Of a stretch of 64,000 bases of DNA, positions 10,292 through 20,526 are shown in pieces. Position numbers and translations under genes: made by a program. The notes under the pieces were generated by a model. The model did no database searches. It was given only the letters and a program-made list of their open reading frames with translations, and had not been told where the DNA came from. Source of the stretch: Vicinamibacterales bacterium (lineage in GTDB: Bacteria > Acidobacteriota > Vicinamibacteria > Vicinamibacterales > JAMQPK01); contig CAWAPZ010000005.1 of the NCBI GenBank assembly GCA_963784045.1, positions 330,433 through 394,432 on the forward strand, written 5' to 3'. Each line of letters opens with the position of its first letter. Position 1 is the stretch's first letter.

Positions 10292-11014
10292 CTACGTGAG
10301 CTCGGCCAACATCCGCTTCGCCTCTTCGACATACGGCGAACCCGGAAAATCGGCAATGACCTTGTCGAGCGTCTGCTTGGCTTCGGCCTTCTTGCCCGCT
10401 GCGGCCTGCACGCGTCCCAATTCCATCAGCAGCGCGTCACGCGGAATCGTATCGTCCGTCGTGTTGTTCACGAGCGCCTGCGCCGCGGTGATGGCCTCGT
10501 CGTACTTTTTTGCCTGAGCATTGGCCTCGACGACACCGAGGCGAGCCACTCGTCCGTAGAAGCTGTTGGCACCCGCACGGTCGGCAGTCTCCTGAAAGCG
10601 CGTGGCGGCCTCGGCATGACGCCCGAGCATGGCCAGGGCGGATGCGGCGTAGTAGCGCGAGGCGACGCCGGCATCGGTCGACGGATAGGTGTTGTAAACC
10701 TCCGCGAACTTCACCAGCGCGGCTTCGGCACGCGCTTGCACGGTGACATAGCTGGTGACTCCGGGCTTGGCGTCGGCCTTTGTCTCCTCCACGGGCGACT
10801 GCATGATGACGATGGCATCTCCGAGCAGGGTTTGCGCCCGATTCTCGCTGCGCGTCATCCACGCCCAGTATCCAAGTCCGGCGACAAGCACGAGCAGGAC
10901 GGCCCCCGCGCCCATCATGACCGTGCTGCGATGCTCCTGCAGGCGCCCGGTCGCGTCCCCGAGCATATGAGACAGTTCGTTTTCCTTGAGACGATGGCGC
11001 TCTGAACCCTTCAT
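10292..11014 (-). CDS. Membrane-anchored TPR protein (YfgM-like)
   Basis: N-terminal ERHRLKENE, one TM helix, TPR-like helices, C-terminal FPGSPY. Confidence 0.8.
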   Translation of the reverse strand: MKGSERHRLKENELSHMLGDATGRLQEHRSTVMMGAGAVLLVLVAGLGYWAWMTRSENRAQTLLGDAIVIMQSPVEETKADAKPGVTSYVTVQARAEAALVKFAEVYNTYPSTDAGVASRYYAASALAMLGRHAEAATRFQETADRAGANSFYGRVARLGVVEANAQAKKYDEAITAAQALVNNTTDDTIPRDALLMELGRVQAAAGKKAEAKQTLDKVIADFPGSPYVEEAKRMLAELT

Positions 11015-11081
11015 AGGGAGGGATTATATATCCCCTATAGAGAGGATGTTCCGGGTCCTCGTACGCAGGTAGGATTAGCGA

Positions 11082-12473
11082 GTGACCGAACATCGCCTGC
11101 TGGCGGTCGGCCGAATGCGGCTTCGGACATGGCCGGTCGTAGCCGTCTCGCTCCTCGGGCTTCTCGTGCTTATCCTCGTCTCGATTCTGGCCGCGCAGCG
11201 AAAAGCCGATATCGCCTACGCGCATCTCGACAGTCTCAATACGCGCTATCGCGACGTCGAGACGCGTCTGCGGCGGATGCGCTCGGGAGTGCACCTGTCG
11301 GGCATTCTCGCGCGTGATTACCTGCTCGACACCTCCACGCCGGCGTCGGAGTATCGCTCGAGGCTCGTGGCCTATCACCGCGAAAGCGAAGAACTGATCG
11401 AACAACTCGAGCCTCTGCTGCGCGAAACGGATCCGGGGCCGTATCAGGAACTGCGGCGCCAGCTCGACGAATACTGGCGTGCATACGCGCCGTTGTTCGA
11501 CGGCACGACCCACATCGATCGCTACAGCTTTCTGCGCCGCGAGATTGTGCCGCGCCGCGATGAGGTGCTGCGAATCTCCGCCGACATCGAGTCGATCAAT
11601 TCCCGCACCCTTCAATCGCAGCAGGAGGCGGCGGCCGACCGCCAGCGGGAGCTGCATCAGTACTTGAGCGCAACGCTGGCTGCCAGCCTCGCATTGGGCC
11701 TGGCCGTGGCGCTGATTACCGTCATCCGGATCCGCGTACTCGAAGGTCGCGCCGAGGAGCAGCACGGCCGCACACAGCAGGCGGAACAGGAGCTGAGGCG
11801 CCTCTCGAATCAGCTAGTGCGGACGCAGGAGGAAGAGCGGAAGAGTCTTTCGCGCGAGCTGCACGACGAGCTCGGGCAGATGCTGACCGGGCTGCGCATG
11901 GAGCTCGGCCGCGCCGAGCGCGCGCAGGCCATCGGCAGTCCCGTATTTCCGCAAACGGTCGCCGAGAGCAAGGCGCTTGTCGATCGAATGATGCGGATGG
12001 TCCGTGATCTGGCGATGGGCCTTCGCCCCAGCATGCTCGACGATCTCGGACTGGAGCCGGCGCTGGCGTTCCAGGCGCGCGAGTTTTCGCGGCGCTACAA
12101 CGTACCGGTCGATCTTTCCGTTGACGGCGATCTGGAGCGGCTGCCCGATCCGCAGCGTACGTGCGTGTATCGCGTGGTGCAGGAGGCGCTCACCAACTGC
12201 GCGAAGCATTCCGCCGCAACCGAGATCCAGGTAAACGTCGTCCGTGGACGGACCCGGCTCGACGTGTCCGTAAGAGATAACGGCATCGGCATGGCGGCGG
12301 TGACCAGCCACAACGGGCTCGGCCTGACGGGCATCAAGGAGCGCGTCAAGGACATCAACGGCGCCGCCACGATTGAGACCAGGCCGGGGGGCGGCACCGT
12401 TGTGCACATCACGCTGCCCGTGCCCGCCACGGAAAGCAGCAAGGAGGACGTCGTTGCGAATAGTGCTCGGTGA
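11082..12473 (+). CDS. Sensor histidine kinase (HisKA_3/NarX type)
   Basis: Two TMs; QEEERKSLSRELHDELGQ; VVQEALTN; DNGIG; GLGLTG. Confidence 0.93.
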   Translation: MTEHRLLAVGRMRLRTWPVVAVSLLGLLVLILVSILAAQRKADIAYAHLDSLNTRYRDVETRLRRMRSGVHLSGILARDYLLDTSTPASEYRSRLVAYHRESEELIEQLEPLLRETDPGPYQELRRQLDEYWRAYAPLFDGTTHIDRYSFLRREIVPRRDEVLRISADIESINSRTLQSQQEAAADRQRELHQYLSATLAASLALGLAVALITVIRIRVLEGRAEEQHGRTQQAEQELRRLSNQLVRTQEEERKSLSRELHDELGQMLTGLRMELGRAERAQAIGSPVFPQTVAESKALVDRMMRMVRDLAMGLRPSMLDDLGLEPALAFQAREFSRRYNVPVDLSVDGDLERLPDPQRTCVYRVVQEALTNCAKHSAATEIQVNVVRGRTRLDVSVRDNGIGMAAVTSHNGLGLTGIKERVKDINGAATIETRPGGGTVVHITLPVPATESSKEDVVANSAR

Positions 12474-13095
12474 CGATCACGGCATCGTGCGGCGCGGATT
12501 AAAGGCGCTGCTGGACACGGAAGACGATATCGAAGTGGTTGGCGAAGCAGGCGACGGACTCGAGGCGCTGCGCCTGTGCGAGACCCATCGTCCCGACGTG
12601 GCGATTCTCGATATCGCGATGCCGCGGCTCAACGGCATCGACGTGGCAGAGCGCGCGATCAAGCATCAGCCACAGCTGAAGGTCGTGTTTCTGAGCATGT
12701 ACGCCGACGAGTCGTACGTGCTGCGCGCACTTTCTGCGGGCGCGCGCGGGTACCTGCTGAAGGAGTCGACCGAACAGGATCTGCTGCCGGCGCTGCGCAC
12801 GATCAGTCAGGGCCGCCCGTACTTCAGCCCGACGATCTCGGCCATGCTGCTCTCCGATTACATGCGGCATCTCCAACAGCGCGGACAGGAAGACTCCTAT
12901 CGGCTCCTGACCGATCGCGAGAAAGAAGTGCTGCAACTGCTCGCCGAAGGACGGACCAACAAAGAAGTCGCGAGCATCCTCGAGGTGGGCGTGTCCACGA
13001 TCGAGACGCATCGCGCGAACCTGATGCAGAAGCTGGGACTGCACAACACGGCTGAAATTGTGTTGTACGCCGTGCGGAAGAGCCTCGTTTCCTAA
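12454..13095 (+). CDS. NarL/LuxR-family response regulator
   Basis: DDHGIVRRGL, LDIAMP, GYLLK, LTDREKEVL HTH; TTG start after AAGGAGG. Confidence 0.93.
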   Translation: MRIVLGDDHGIVRRGLKALLDTEDDIEVVGEAGDGLEALRLCETHRPDVAILDIAMPRLNGIDVAERAIKHQPQLKVVFLSMYADESYVLRALSAGARGYLLKESTEQDLLPALRTISQGRPYFSPTISAMLLSDYMRHLQQRGQEDSYRLLTDREKEVLQLLAEGRTNKEVASILEVGVSTIETHRANLMQKLGLHNTAEIVLYAVRKSLVS

Positions 13096-14183
13096 GTCGA
13101 CCGCCGGTCGCCGAGCGACGATGGACGAAGAAGTCCTTCGAGCTCTTCCGCGTGCCCTGTGCGGGTGCGCGCCGCGTCCGCTGTAATCAGGCCGGTGTGC
13201 ACGAGGTGCGCGAGTGCCTCCTCGAGCGTAACCGAGCCGCTACGCTTGGTCATCGTGATCTCCTGATGGAGATGCTGAAGCGCATTCTTCCGGATGTGTT
13301 GACGCGCACCGTAGCCGATCATCAGCAGTTCTACGGCCGGCACACGGCCTCCTCCCACCCTGGGCAGCAGCGTCTGAGTCAACACTGCACCCAGCGCCAT
13401 CGAGAGGTCTTGACGAATCGTCGGCTGACGCTCCGGGGGAAAAGAATCGGCGACCCGTGCCACGGTCGATGTCACATCTGTCGTGTGGAGCGTCGAGAAT
13501 ACCAGATGGCCGGTCTCGCCCGCCGTCAACGCAATCTTCATGGTTTCCGGATCGCGCATTTCGCCAATCACGATGACGTCTGGCGCCTGACGCAGCGCGG
13601 CACGCAGCGCCGTCGGAAAGTCCGGCGCGTCGACGCCGATTTCGACCTGCTCGACGACGCTCTTCTGGTGCGCGTGTTCGTACTCAATCGGATCCTCAAT
13701 CGTCACGATGTGCCTGGCATCGCGTCGGTTGATCTCGTTGACGAGCGCCGCGACGGTTGTCGTCTTGCCGGAGCCGGTTGCCCCACCCACCAGTACGAGG
13801 CCGTGATGCAACCGGGTTATCCGGTCGACTTGTGGCGGCAGACCCAAATCGGCAAGCAGCGGCGGCACAGCGGGCAGCGCGCGAATCGTCGCCGCGGCGC
13901 GGCCCCGCTCGCGGTGCAGATTGACGCGAAATCGTCCAACACCCGCTCGCCGGAGCGAGACATCCGCCGACCCGGCAGTTCTGTAACGCTCGAGAGCTTG
14001 CGGGTGAAGGATGGGCAGCAGGGCCGCCTCAATGTCTTCTCCGGCGGGAGGCGGCTCAGGCAGTGGCGTCACGACTCCATTCAGCCGAATCGCCGGTGCG
14101 AATCCCGCGACGAGAAATAGATCAGCCGCACCGCGCGACACCATAATCCGCAGCCAGCGTTCGAGTGTATCGGCCGTATCCAT
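13092..14183 (-). CDS. pilT: PilT/PilU-family type IV pilus ATPase
   Basis: Walker A GATGSGKTTT, TIEDPIE, LRQAPDVIVIGEMRD, ETGHLVFSTLHT. Confidence 0.88.
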   Translation of the reverse strand: MDTADTLERWLRIMVSRGAADLFLVAGFAPAIRLNGVVTPLPEPPPAGEDIEAALLPILHPQALERYRTAGSADVSLRRAGVGRFRVNLHRERGRAAATIRALPAVPPLLADLGLPPQVDRITRLHHGLVLVGGATGSGKTTTVAALVNEINRRDARHIVTIEDPIEYEHAHQKSVVEQVEIGVDAPDFPTALRAALRQAPDVIVIGEMRDPETMKIALTAGETGHLVFSTLHTTDVTSTVARVADSFPPERQPTIRQDLSMALGAVLTQTLLPRVGGGRVPAVELLMIGYGARQHIRKNALQHLHQEITMTKRSGSVTLEEALAHLVHTGLITADAARTRTGHAEELEGLLRPSSLGDRRST

Positions 14184-14297
14184 CCCGGCAGCACTTTAGC
14201 AGCACAAGCGGGTCGAGAGCCACGCTCCTCCCGTTCCTCGGACATTCGAACGGGCGCCGCCGCACAGATTCCGGACTTTGTTAGACTCAGTTCGCCT

Positions 14298-15101
14298 ATG
14301 ACGATCCCGTCCCTCGCCACTCGGGTTGCAAGTCAGTCGATTGCCGCCTACCTACGGCACGTCCCTGTGGCGAGAGGAAAAACACGTCTTTTTCAAACTG
14401 CCGCGCGCTATGGACTGGTCGCGCAAATTCGAAATGGTCTATGGCTCCGAACGTCCGGCCTTACGGAAGCCGAGCATCAATTCGTACTCGGCCAGCCGAA
14501 AGAACCCGAGACCGTCACGCTGCTCGAATCGCTTGTCACGCCGGATATGACCTGCGTAGACGTTGGAGCGAACATAGGATATTTCACGGTACTGCTGGCA
14601 CGCACCGCGCAAATCGTGCACGCGATTGAACCAACATTAGATCTCGTTACCCGCATCCGTGAGAATGCCGCGCTCAATGGGTTGAGCAACGTGGTCGTCC
14701 ATCATGCGGCGATCGGCGAACACATCGGCTCGGCCGACCTCCACATTTCCAGCGAGGATCCTGAAGCCAACAGCCTGCATGGGTCTGGCCCTACCGTGCG
14801 CGTGCCACTGACGACACTCGACGCGCTCGCGCTGCCGCGTGTGGACCTGTTGAAGCTTGATTGCGAGGGCTCAGAACTTGCCGCTCTGCGCGGGGCCGTG
14901 AGAACTATCAACCGAGATCGGCCGCTCATACTGTGCGAGTGCAATACCGGGGCACTCGGCGACACTGGGCACACAGTACGCAGCCTAACCGATGCCCTGC
15001 ACACCTTCGGCTACACGATCTACCAAGTCGAACAACTACGTGCTGATGTCTGGAATCTGCTCGCCAGCCCGAGGACGCACAATTTGCCGTTGTTTGGGTA
15101 G
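14298..15101 (+). CDS. FkbM-family methyltransferase
   Basis: VDVGANIGYF, AIEP, LLKLDCEGSE; less GC-biased codon use than neighbours. Confidence 0.88.
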   Translation: MTIPSLATRVASQSIAAYLRHVPVARGKTRLFQTAARYGLVAQIRNGLWLRTSGLTEAEHQFVLGQPKEPETVTLLESLVTPDMTCVDVGANIGYFTVLLARTAQIVHAIEPTLDLVTRIRENAALNGLSNVVVHHAAIGEHIGSADLHISSEDPEANSLHGSGPTVRVPLTTLDALALPRVDLLKLDCEGSELAALRGAVRTINRDRPLILCECNTGALGDTGHTVRSLTDALHTFGYTIYQVEQLRADVWNLLASPRTHNLPLFG

Positions 15102-15124
15102 TCACTCCCAATCAGCAGGCACAT

Positions 15125-15269
15125 GACGCAACCAGCTCGCGAAGCGAGTTGGTTTGCGCCCGGCAGGTCTCGTCCACGTTGGCGAGCCCGAAGGGCGGAG
15201 CCGCGTGGCTGATAACTGGCGGACGCAGCCAACTCGCAAAGCGGGTTGGTTTGCGCCCGGCAGGTCTCG
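15125..15269. repeat. Imperfect 48-bp direct repeat (15125-15172 and 15222-15269) containing the tRNA 3' end and a downstream hairpin
   Basis: gacgcaaccagctcgcgaagcgagttggtttgcgcccggcaggtctcg vs gacgcagccaactcgcaaagcgggttggtttgcgcccggcaggtctcg; 4 mismatches, period 97 bp. Confidence 0.85.
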
Positions 15270-15325
15270 AACCTGCGACCCCCGGTTTAGGAAACCGGTG
15301 CTCTATCCTGCTGAGCTACGGGCGC
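15252..15325 (-). tRNA. tRNA-Arg(CCT)
   Basis: Reverse complement GCGCCCGTAGCTCAGCAGGATAGAGCACCGGTTTCCTAAACCGGGGGTCGCAGGTTCGAGACCTGCCGGGCGCA folds to a cloverleaf with anticodon CCT; no CCA directly after the discriminator. Confidence 0.96.
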
Positions 15326-15459
15326 GCATGGGTAAGCACTTGATTCTAACTAAATCGCGGTTCTGGCACCTGCCCGAACATTTTTGCACCGAGCGACGTT
15401 AGCGACGGCGAGATCGAAATTGAGACGTGCATTCCTATACCGAAGGGCATTCGCGGCGG

Positions 15460-15897
15460 CTATCGAGCGATCCCGCATGATGACAATTCAAACGTAGAAC
15501 TACGGTTTGAATTGTGCCGTGCGAGATGGTCGCATAGGCCGGCATGCGAAGCCATCAGTACGAGTCGCTTGCTTGTTCCTTCGCCGCCGCGGCGAAGGAG
15601 ACAAGAAGTGGCTCGATAGCGACCGTAATCCGCCGCGAGTCGGTCGATCCATTGGCGGCAAGCCAGGATTCTATCGGCGGCGTTAGCAACGGCCAAGAAC
15701 TCCATCGCAAGTTCCTGACTCACTTGCTCCCGTTCGGCTTTCGTCGCATCGATTTGGAGGTGCTTCGCAAAGGTGCGCTCATGCTGCGGTTGAGGACCGG
15801 TCATCAATTCAGCGACGTGCGTCATCAATTCCAAACAGTGATCCTTTCGGATGACTCGGATAGTTCGCAAAATGTCGCTCCAATCGCGTAGAGACAC
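15460..15897 (-). CDS. Hypothetical protein
   Basis: Helical, protein-like N-terminal two thirds; no recognised motif; competes with an antisense ORF. Confidence 0.35.
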   Translation of the reverse strand: MSLRDWSDILRTIRVIRKDHCLELMTHVAELMTGPQPQHERTFAKHLQIDATKAEREQVSQELAMEFLAVANAADRILACRQWIDRLAADYGRYRATSCLLRRGGEGTSKRLVLMASHAGLCDHLARHNSNRSSTFELSSCGIAR

Positions 15898-16204
15898 GGG
15901 CTTCTTCTCTCAAAATAAAACCGCGTGTTGAGAGACAAGCGACAAGGATCGGCGCCCGCTCGGTGCAGTTGTTCCGACAACGTGAAGCATCCTGCGTGCC
16001 GGTCGCCGCGGCCTTCGATTGACCTGGAAATCGGCGCATTACGGCGCATCTCGGCGAAGCACAGCGGCGTGGGCCAAAGAGTTCGATCGGAGCCGGATGT
16101 TTTGTCTCGCGGTGCTCAGAGAATATCGCCTCTCTAGAAAGTAAATAGCGAGGCGGAGCATTCTGTGCGGTCCGGTGTCTAAACCGCTCGGAGGGAGCTG
16201 CGTG

Positions 16205-17056
16205 ATGATCCCAGCCACATTCGTCCTCGCGGCCGCGATGGCCCAGGTGCCTAATACCGCAACCGACTGTGCCACGGCGATGGCGCGCAGCATGACCGGC
16301 GCGACGGTCCAGGTCTGCCTCGCGGAGGCCGAGTTGAGCAGGGCCGAAGCGGCTCCCAGGGAGACAGCTGAGTGGCGGCGCCATCTCGAAGCGGCCGCGG
16401 CGTTGTACACACGCGCCCTGGCGCTGCCAGCGGACGCTGCGGTGAAGGCGAGCGTCGTCGAACGTCTGCTCGTTCTGTTCGACGCGCCAATGTTGAATCA
16501 GGAGACTGAAATGCTAGCGGCCTATCGCGAGCTCATAGGCCTGCATCCGCTCGAAGCACTCCCCCTCCTCCGCCTCGCGAAGTACCAGGAGGCGCGCGGC
16601 TCTGCAGACGCCGCCGAAGAGACACTCCTCGCGGCGAGACGGCTTGCCCCGGCCGATATCGAACCCGTGAGAACGCTCGCGCAGTTCTATTCGCGTCGAG
16701 CCGGAGCCATGCATGCGGGGGTCGCGAAGCAGGATGATCGCGAGGAAACGCCGCCGGGCGTTCCCGACAAGAACGGCGTGTATCGCGTCGGCGGCGACAT
16801 CACGCCGCCGCGGCGCTTAGGCAATGCCGCCTATCCGCCCGATGCACTCGCCGCGGGCGTCGACGGCACGGTCGTCGCCGAAATTCTCGTCAACGACGCG
16901 GGCATCGTCTCCGACGCCCGCGTGCTGAAATCAGTTCCGCCTTTGGATGAAGCCGCGCTGAACGCCGTTCGGGAGTGGCGCTACGATCCCACCATCGTCG
17001 ACGGCAAGGCCGTGCCTGTCAGAATGACCGTCACGGTGAGCTTCACCCGCCGCTAG
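16205..17056 (+). CDS. TPR-containing TonB C-terminal domain protein
   Basis: Signal-like N-terminus; TPR-like helices; RVGGDITPP...YPPDA...GTV...LDEAALNAVREWRYDP...GKAVPV. Confidence 0.85.
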   Translation: MIPATFVLAAAMAQVPNTATDCATAMARSMTGATVQVCLAEAELSRAEAAPRETAEWRRHLEAAAALYTRALALPADAAVKASVVERLLVLFDAPMLNQETEMLAAYRELIGLHPLEALPLLRLAKYQEARGSADAAEETLLAARRLAPADIEPVRTLAQFYSRRAGAMHAGVAKQDDREETPPGVPDKNGVYRVGGDITPPRRLGNAAYPPDALAAGVDGTVVAEILVNDAGIVSDARVLKSVPPLDEAALNAVREWRYDPTIVDGKAVPVRMTVTVSFTRR

Positions 17057-17403
17057 CCGTTCTTCCGCTTTGCGGCCCAGCGCTTCTTCGCCGCCGCCCG
17101 CATCTTGGCGCGCGTTGCCGCCGACATCCTCCGTTTCTTGCGGCCCATCATGGCTTCAGCAGGGCTGCCCGCCGGGACCTGCGCGCGCAACGCCTGGGCG
17201 ACCGCGCGACGCTTGAATTGACGCCGCTTCGTGCCGGCTAACTCATCGATTAAATCTGTGGCTTTCCCTCGTACGAGATGAAGCGCCTCGAGCATCGTAT
17301 TACGTTGGTTCAACCATTTCCTGGCGTGCGCCTCGGTGGTGCCGAACAGACGGCCGACTTCGGCGGCGATTTCTTCCAGACTGACAGCTGCTTTCTTAGC
17401 CAC
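17053..17403 (-). CDS. Small basic hypothetical protein with Lys/Arg-rich C-terminus
   Basis: GGAGG RBS before GTG at 17403; C-terminus RKKRRMSAATRAKMRAAAKKRWAAKRK. Confidence 0.7.
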   Translation of the reverse strand: MAKKAAVSLEEIAAEVGRLFGTTEAHARKWLNQRNTMLEALHLVRGKATDLIDELAGTKRRQFKRRAVAQALRAQVPAGSPAEAMMGRKKRRMSAATRAKMRAAAKKRWAAKRKNG

Positions 17404-17616
17404 ACGGACCTCCAAATCGTCAATATCTTACTCGTTCAATGTGCGCCGGACACGATATAGCCGCGGTTCCGAAAGCTCTCGGCAAGCGTCAGTTCTTCTC
17501 TATCTTCCGGCCCGGTGTCCGGCGTAGGCCTTCGGCTGTCACCCTTCGGATTCTTCAGGTAGACGACATTGACGGAGTGTGATCGGCCACGCCGGACGTA
17601 GAATAGCGCACGACGC

Positions 17617-18105
17617 ATGGATGCCATCGCCCAGACCTTTCTCGACAAGTCGCGCCGTTTGATGACATCAGACTACGTGCCGAAGATCGAGCGCTGTCTC
17701 GATGAGCTTGCTGATGACGACATCTGGTGGCGGCCGAACGAAGCATCGAATAGCATTGGCAATCTCGTTCTGCACCTGTGCGGCAACGTCACCATGTGGA
17801 TTCTGGGTGGCGTCGGCCGGCTGCCGTTTGAGCGCGATCGCCAGCAGGAATTCGACGAGCGAAGAAGCATCCCCGCCGCAGAATTGCGGAGCCGGCTGCG
17901 CGATGTCGTTCAGCATGCGGATGCGGTGATCGGGGCCGTGGGTTCGGATGAGCTATTGAGCCGGCGCCAGATTCAAGGATATGACGTCACGGTCCTCGAG
18001 GCGATTTATCACGTGGTCGAGCACTTCGGTATGCACACGGGCCAGATCATCATGCTCAGTAAAGCGCGCGTGAATCATCAGCTTAACCTCTGGGGCCCTC
18101 CTTAG
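17617..18105 (+). CDS. DinB/DUF1572-family (bacillithiol-transferase-like) protein
   Basis: WWRPNEASNSIGNLVLHLCGN; HVVEHFGMHTGQI His motif. Confidence 0.85.
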   Translation: MDAIAQTFLDKSRRLMTSDYVPKIERCLDELADDDIWWRPNEASNSIGNLVLHLCGNVTMWILGGVGRLPFERDRQQEFDERRSIPAAELRSRLRDVVQHADAVIGAVGSDELLSRRQIQGYDVTVLEAIYHVVEHFGMHTGQIIMLSKARVNHQLNLWGPP

Positions 18106-18337
18106 CCCTAGACTTGATTTCGTACACTTGCACATCCTCTTCAACACGAACTAGGCCACCGAGCCGCGCCTCCCCGGCATGCTCGTGCACGTCTTCTGAA
18201 GGCTGTATAACAAGGACGCCACCCTCCATTTCGCGTTCGATCATGTCAATTTCGGTTTCGCGACCGCTTGATAGCGGCTCAAGTCGTCGAATCATATAAA
18301 CCCTTTCGTATTGTTTTTGCTGCAAGCGGTACGCCAC
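18083..18337 (-). CDS. Hypothetical small protein coupled to dinB
   Basis: GTG start overlaps the dinB stop (TAGTG); no motif recognised. Confidence 0.35.
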   Translation of the reverse strand: MAYRLQQKQYERVYMIRRLEPLSSGRETEIDMIEREMEGGVLVIQPSEDVHEHAGEARLGGLVRVEEDVQVYEIKSRAKEGPRG

Positions 18338-19410
18338 TAATCCGCAAAAGGCAGGCGATCTGCAGACTCTGTTTGCCGATCAATCGCCGTACAGAGATTG
18401 CGGACGCTTACGCCAAGCAGCCTGACGGGCCGTTGTCCTGCAGCCGTCCTTTCCAGCAACTGTAACGCTCTTGTCGACAGATCTTCCGCATCCCGACTCG
18501 CTGCGGCTGAATGACTGCGGGTCACAGTGGTGAAATCCGAGTAGCGGACTTTTATCGTGACCGTGCGCGCCAACAGCGCCCGCCGCTCGAGCCAGGTGAC
18601 GGCGTGCCGCGCCATCTCCGCGATCTCTTTACGGATCGTTTCGATGTCGCGCAGATCTTCTGGATACGTGTTCTCTGAACCGGATGATTTTGTTTCTCGA
18701 TGTGCCACGACCGGTCGGTCGTCGATGCCGTTGGCAAGCTGCTTCAACCACTCGGCCATGCTGCCCACGGCCTGGCGCAGCGCATGGTCGTCGAACGTGC
18801 GCACGTCGATCAGCCGATGAATTCCCCGCGCGCGCAGCTTCTCCGCGGTAACGGGACCAACGCCCCACAACGCGTCGACCGGCAGGCGCTGCAGGAAGGG
18901 CTCGACGCGATCCGGAGGAATGACAGTCAGCCCGTCCGGCTTTTTCCATCCCGACGCAATCTTCGCCAGAAACTTGTTTGGCGCAACTCCCGCGGAGGCA
19001 GTTAACCCTGTCGTGTCGCGGATCCGTTCCTTGAGCCGCTTCGCGACCGTCGTCGCCAGCGGCTCGTTCCAACTGTTTTCGGTGACGTCGAGATACGCTT
19101 CATCAAGCGACAACGGCTCTACAAGTGGCGTCACTTCTCTGTAGAGGTTGAAAATCGACGTCGAGGCAGCTTTATATCGCGAGAAATCCGGCGGTACGAT
19201 GACGAGGGTTGGGCACAGCTTCACGGCCTTGGCCATCGACATCGCCGACCGCACGCCGAACGCGCGCGCCTCATAGCTGGCAGCAGCAACGACTCCACGC
19301 CGGTGCGGCAGACCGCCGACAGCCAACGGCTTACCGAGGAGCGACGGATTGTCCCGCTGCTCAACGGACGCGTAGAACGCGTCCATATCAATGTGCAGGA
19401 TACGGCGCAT
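18337..19410 (-). CDS. dinB: DNA polymerase IV
   Basis: HIDMDAFYASVE, AASYEARAFGV, SLDEAYLD, NKFLAKIAS, KPDG. Confidence 0.96.
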   Translation of the reverse strand: MRRILHIDMDAFYASVEQRDNPSLLGKPLAVGGLPHRRGVVAAASYEARAFGVRSAMSMAKAVKLCPTLVIVPPDFSRYKAASTSIFNLYREVTPLVEPLSLDEAYLDVTENSWNEPLATTVAKRLKERIRDTTGLTASAGVAPNKFLAKIASGWKKPDGLTVIPPDRVEPFLQRLPVDALWGVGPVTAEKLRARGIHRLIDVRTFDDHALRQAVGSMAEWLKQLANGIDDRPVVAHRETKSSGSENTYPEDLRDIETIRKEIAEMARHAVTWLERRALLARTVTIKVRYSDFTTVTRSHSAAASRDAEDLSTRALQLLERTAAGQRPVRLLGVSVRNLCTAIDRQTESADRLPFAD

Positions 19411-19465
19411 CGTTCAGTGGAGCCGGGCTAATCTTACCGGTTTATCTTCTCTTGAGAGCTGAACG

Positions 19466-20002
19466 CTATTCGTGTCTCGACGAAGACAGTGACGATCCTG
19501 CGCTTACCGAAGGGTCCGCGAATGCGGCAAGTGCCTTGGCCGTCTTGATGTACTCCTCGTAGCGCTGTTGATAGCGCTCGAGCTTCTGCTGCTCGACCGC
19601 AGCGAGGCGGGTGCGCAAGAGGGGCGAGAGCTGTCCTTGGGCGCGGTCGACTTCGTCCTGAACCTGCGCGGCTTTCAGCGAGTACTCGGCGTCGTGAGCG
19701 CGCTCCCACGCAAGCCAGTCTGCTGTCCACCTCGCGTGAGCCGCATTCAGCTGCTGGCGCGAGAAGGGAAACGCTCCGCCTGCAGCCGCGTCCAGATCCT
19801 TGAACGCGTCAGGAAATAGCGTCCGCCCGGCTTGTGCCAGAGGATGCCAGGCAACGAGCTGCTTCGGGTCCTGCTGTGCAGCCGCGGCCGCGAAGGTCGC
19901 AAAAAGCTGCCGAACGGCCGCGTCGCGACGCTCCCGGCGCAGCTCGTCACCGATGCGCCAGATTGCAAACACGAGCGCTGCGCCGACGGCGAGCGTGATC
20001 AT
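19466..20002 (-). CDS. Hypothetical membrane-anchored protein
   Basis: N-terminal TM then coiled-coil; ATGA-coupled to apt. Confidence 0.7.
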   Translation of the reverse strand: MITLAVGAALVFAIWRIGDELRRERRDAAVRQLFATFAAAAAQQDPKQLVAWHPLAQAGRTLFPDAFKDLDAAAGGAFPFSRQQLNAAHARWTADWLAWERAHDAEYSLKAAQVQDEVDRAQGQLSPLLRTRLAAVEQQKLERYQQRYEEYIKTAKALAAFADPSVSAGSSLSSSRHE

Positions 20003-20520
20003 GCGGAGTATTTGAGAACGCTGTACACAGTCTCGTTCGGGACCTTCAACCGGCCGTTGAGGAACTCCAACTCGACCAGAAACGCGAGCGCCTGCACGTC
20101 GCCTCCAAGCTTGCGCACCAGCGCCGTCGTCGCCGCCGCCGTTCCGCCCGTTGCGAGCACATCGTCGACGATCAACACTCGCTGTCCGCGCTCGACGGCG
20201 TCCGCGTGGATCTCGAGGCAGTCGGTCCCGTACTCGAGATCGTAAGTTTCCTGCACCGTCGTGGACGGCAGCTTGCCTTTCTTTCGAACCGGCGCGAACC
20301 CGGCACCGAGCCGATCAGCGACCGCTCCGCCGAGAATGAAGCCCCGGCTCTCGACGCCGACGACGAGGTCGATCTTGCGGTCGTCAAACGGTCGTGCGAG
20401 CGCCTCGATCGTCGTTTTGAAACCCTCACGATCGCGCAGCAGCGTGGTGATGTCGTAGAACAGGATGCCGGCTTTCGGAAAGTCGGGAACGCTGCGAATC
20501 TTTGACTTCAGTGCATCCAT
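19999..20520 (-). CDS. apt: Adenine phosphoribosyltransferase
   Basis: [41 protein letters not shown]. Confidence 0.97.
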   Translation of the reverse strand: MDALKSKIRSVPDFPKAGILFYDITTLLRDREGFKTTIEALARPFDDRKIDLVVGVESRGFILGGAVADRLGAGFAPVRKKGKLPSTTVQETYDLEYGTDCLEIHADAVERGQRVLIVDDVLATGGTAAATTALVRKLGGDVQALAFLVELEFLNGRLKVPNETVYSVLKYSA

Positions 20521-20526
20521 AATTTG

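Noticed and set aside
13092-14183. Lone PilT as part of a novel system
   Set aside because: Stand-alone PilT paralogs are common; nothing nearby suggests more.
15125-15269. Repeat-spacer-repeat as a mini CRISPR array
   Set aside because: Only two copies, the repeat includes the tRNA 3' end, and there are no cas genes.
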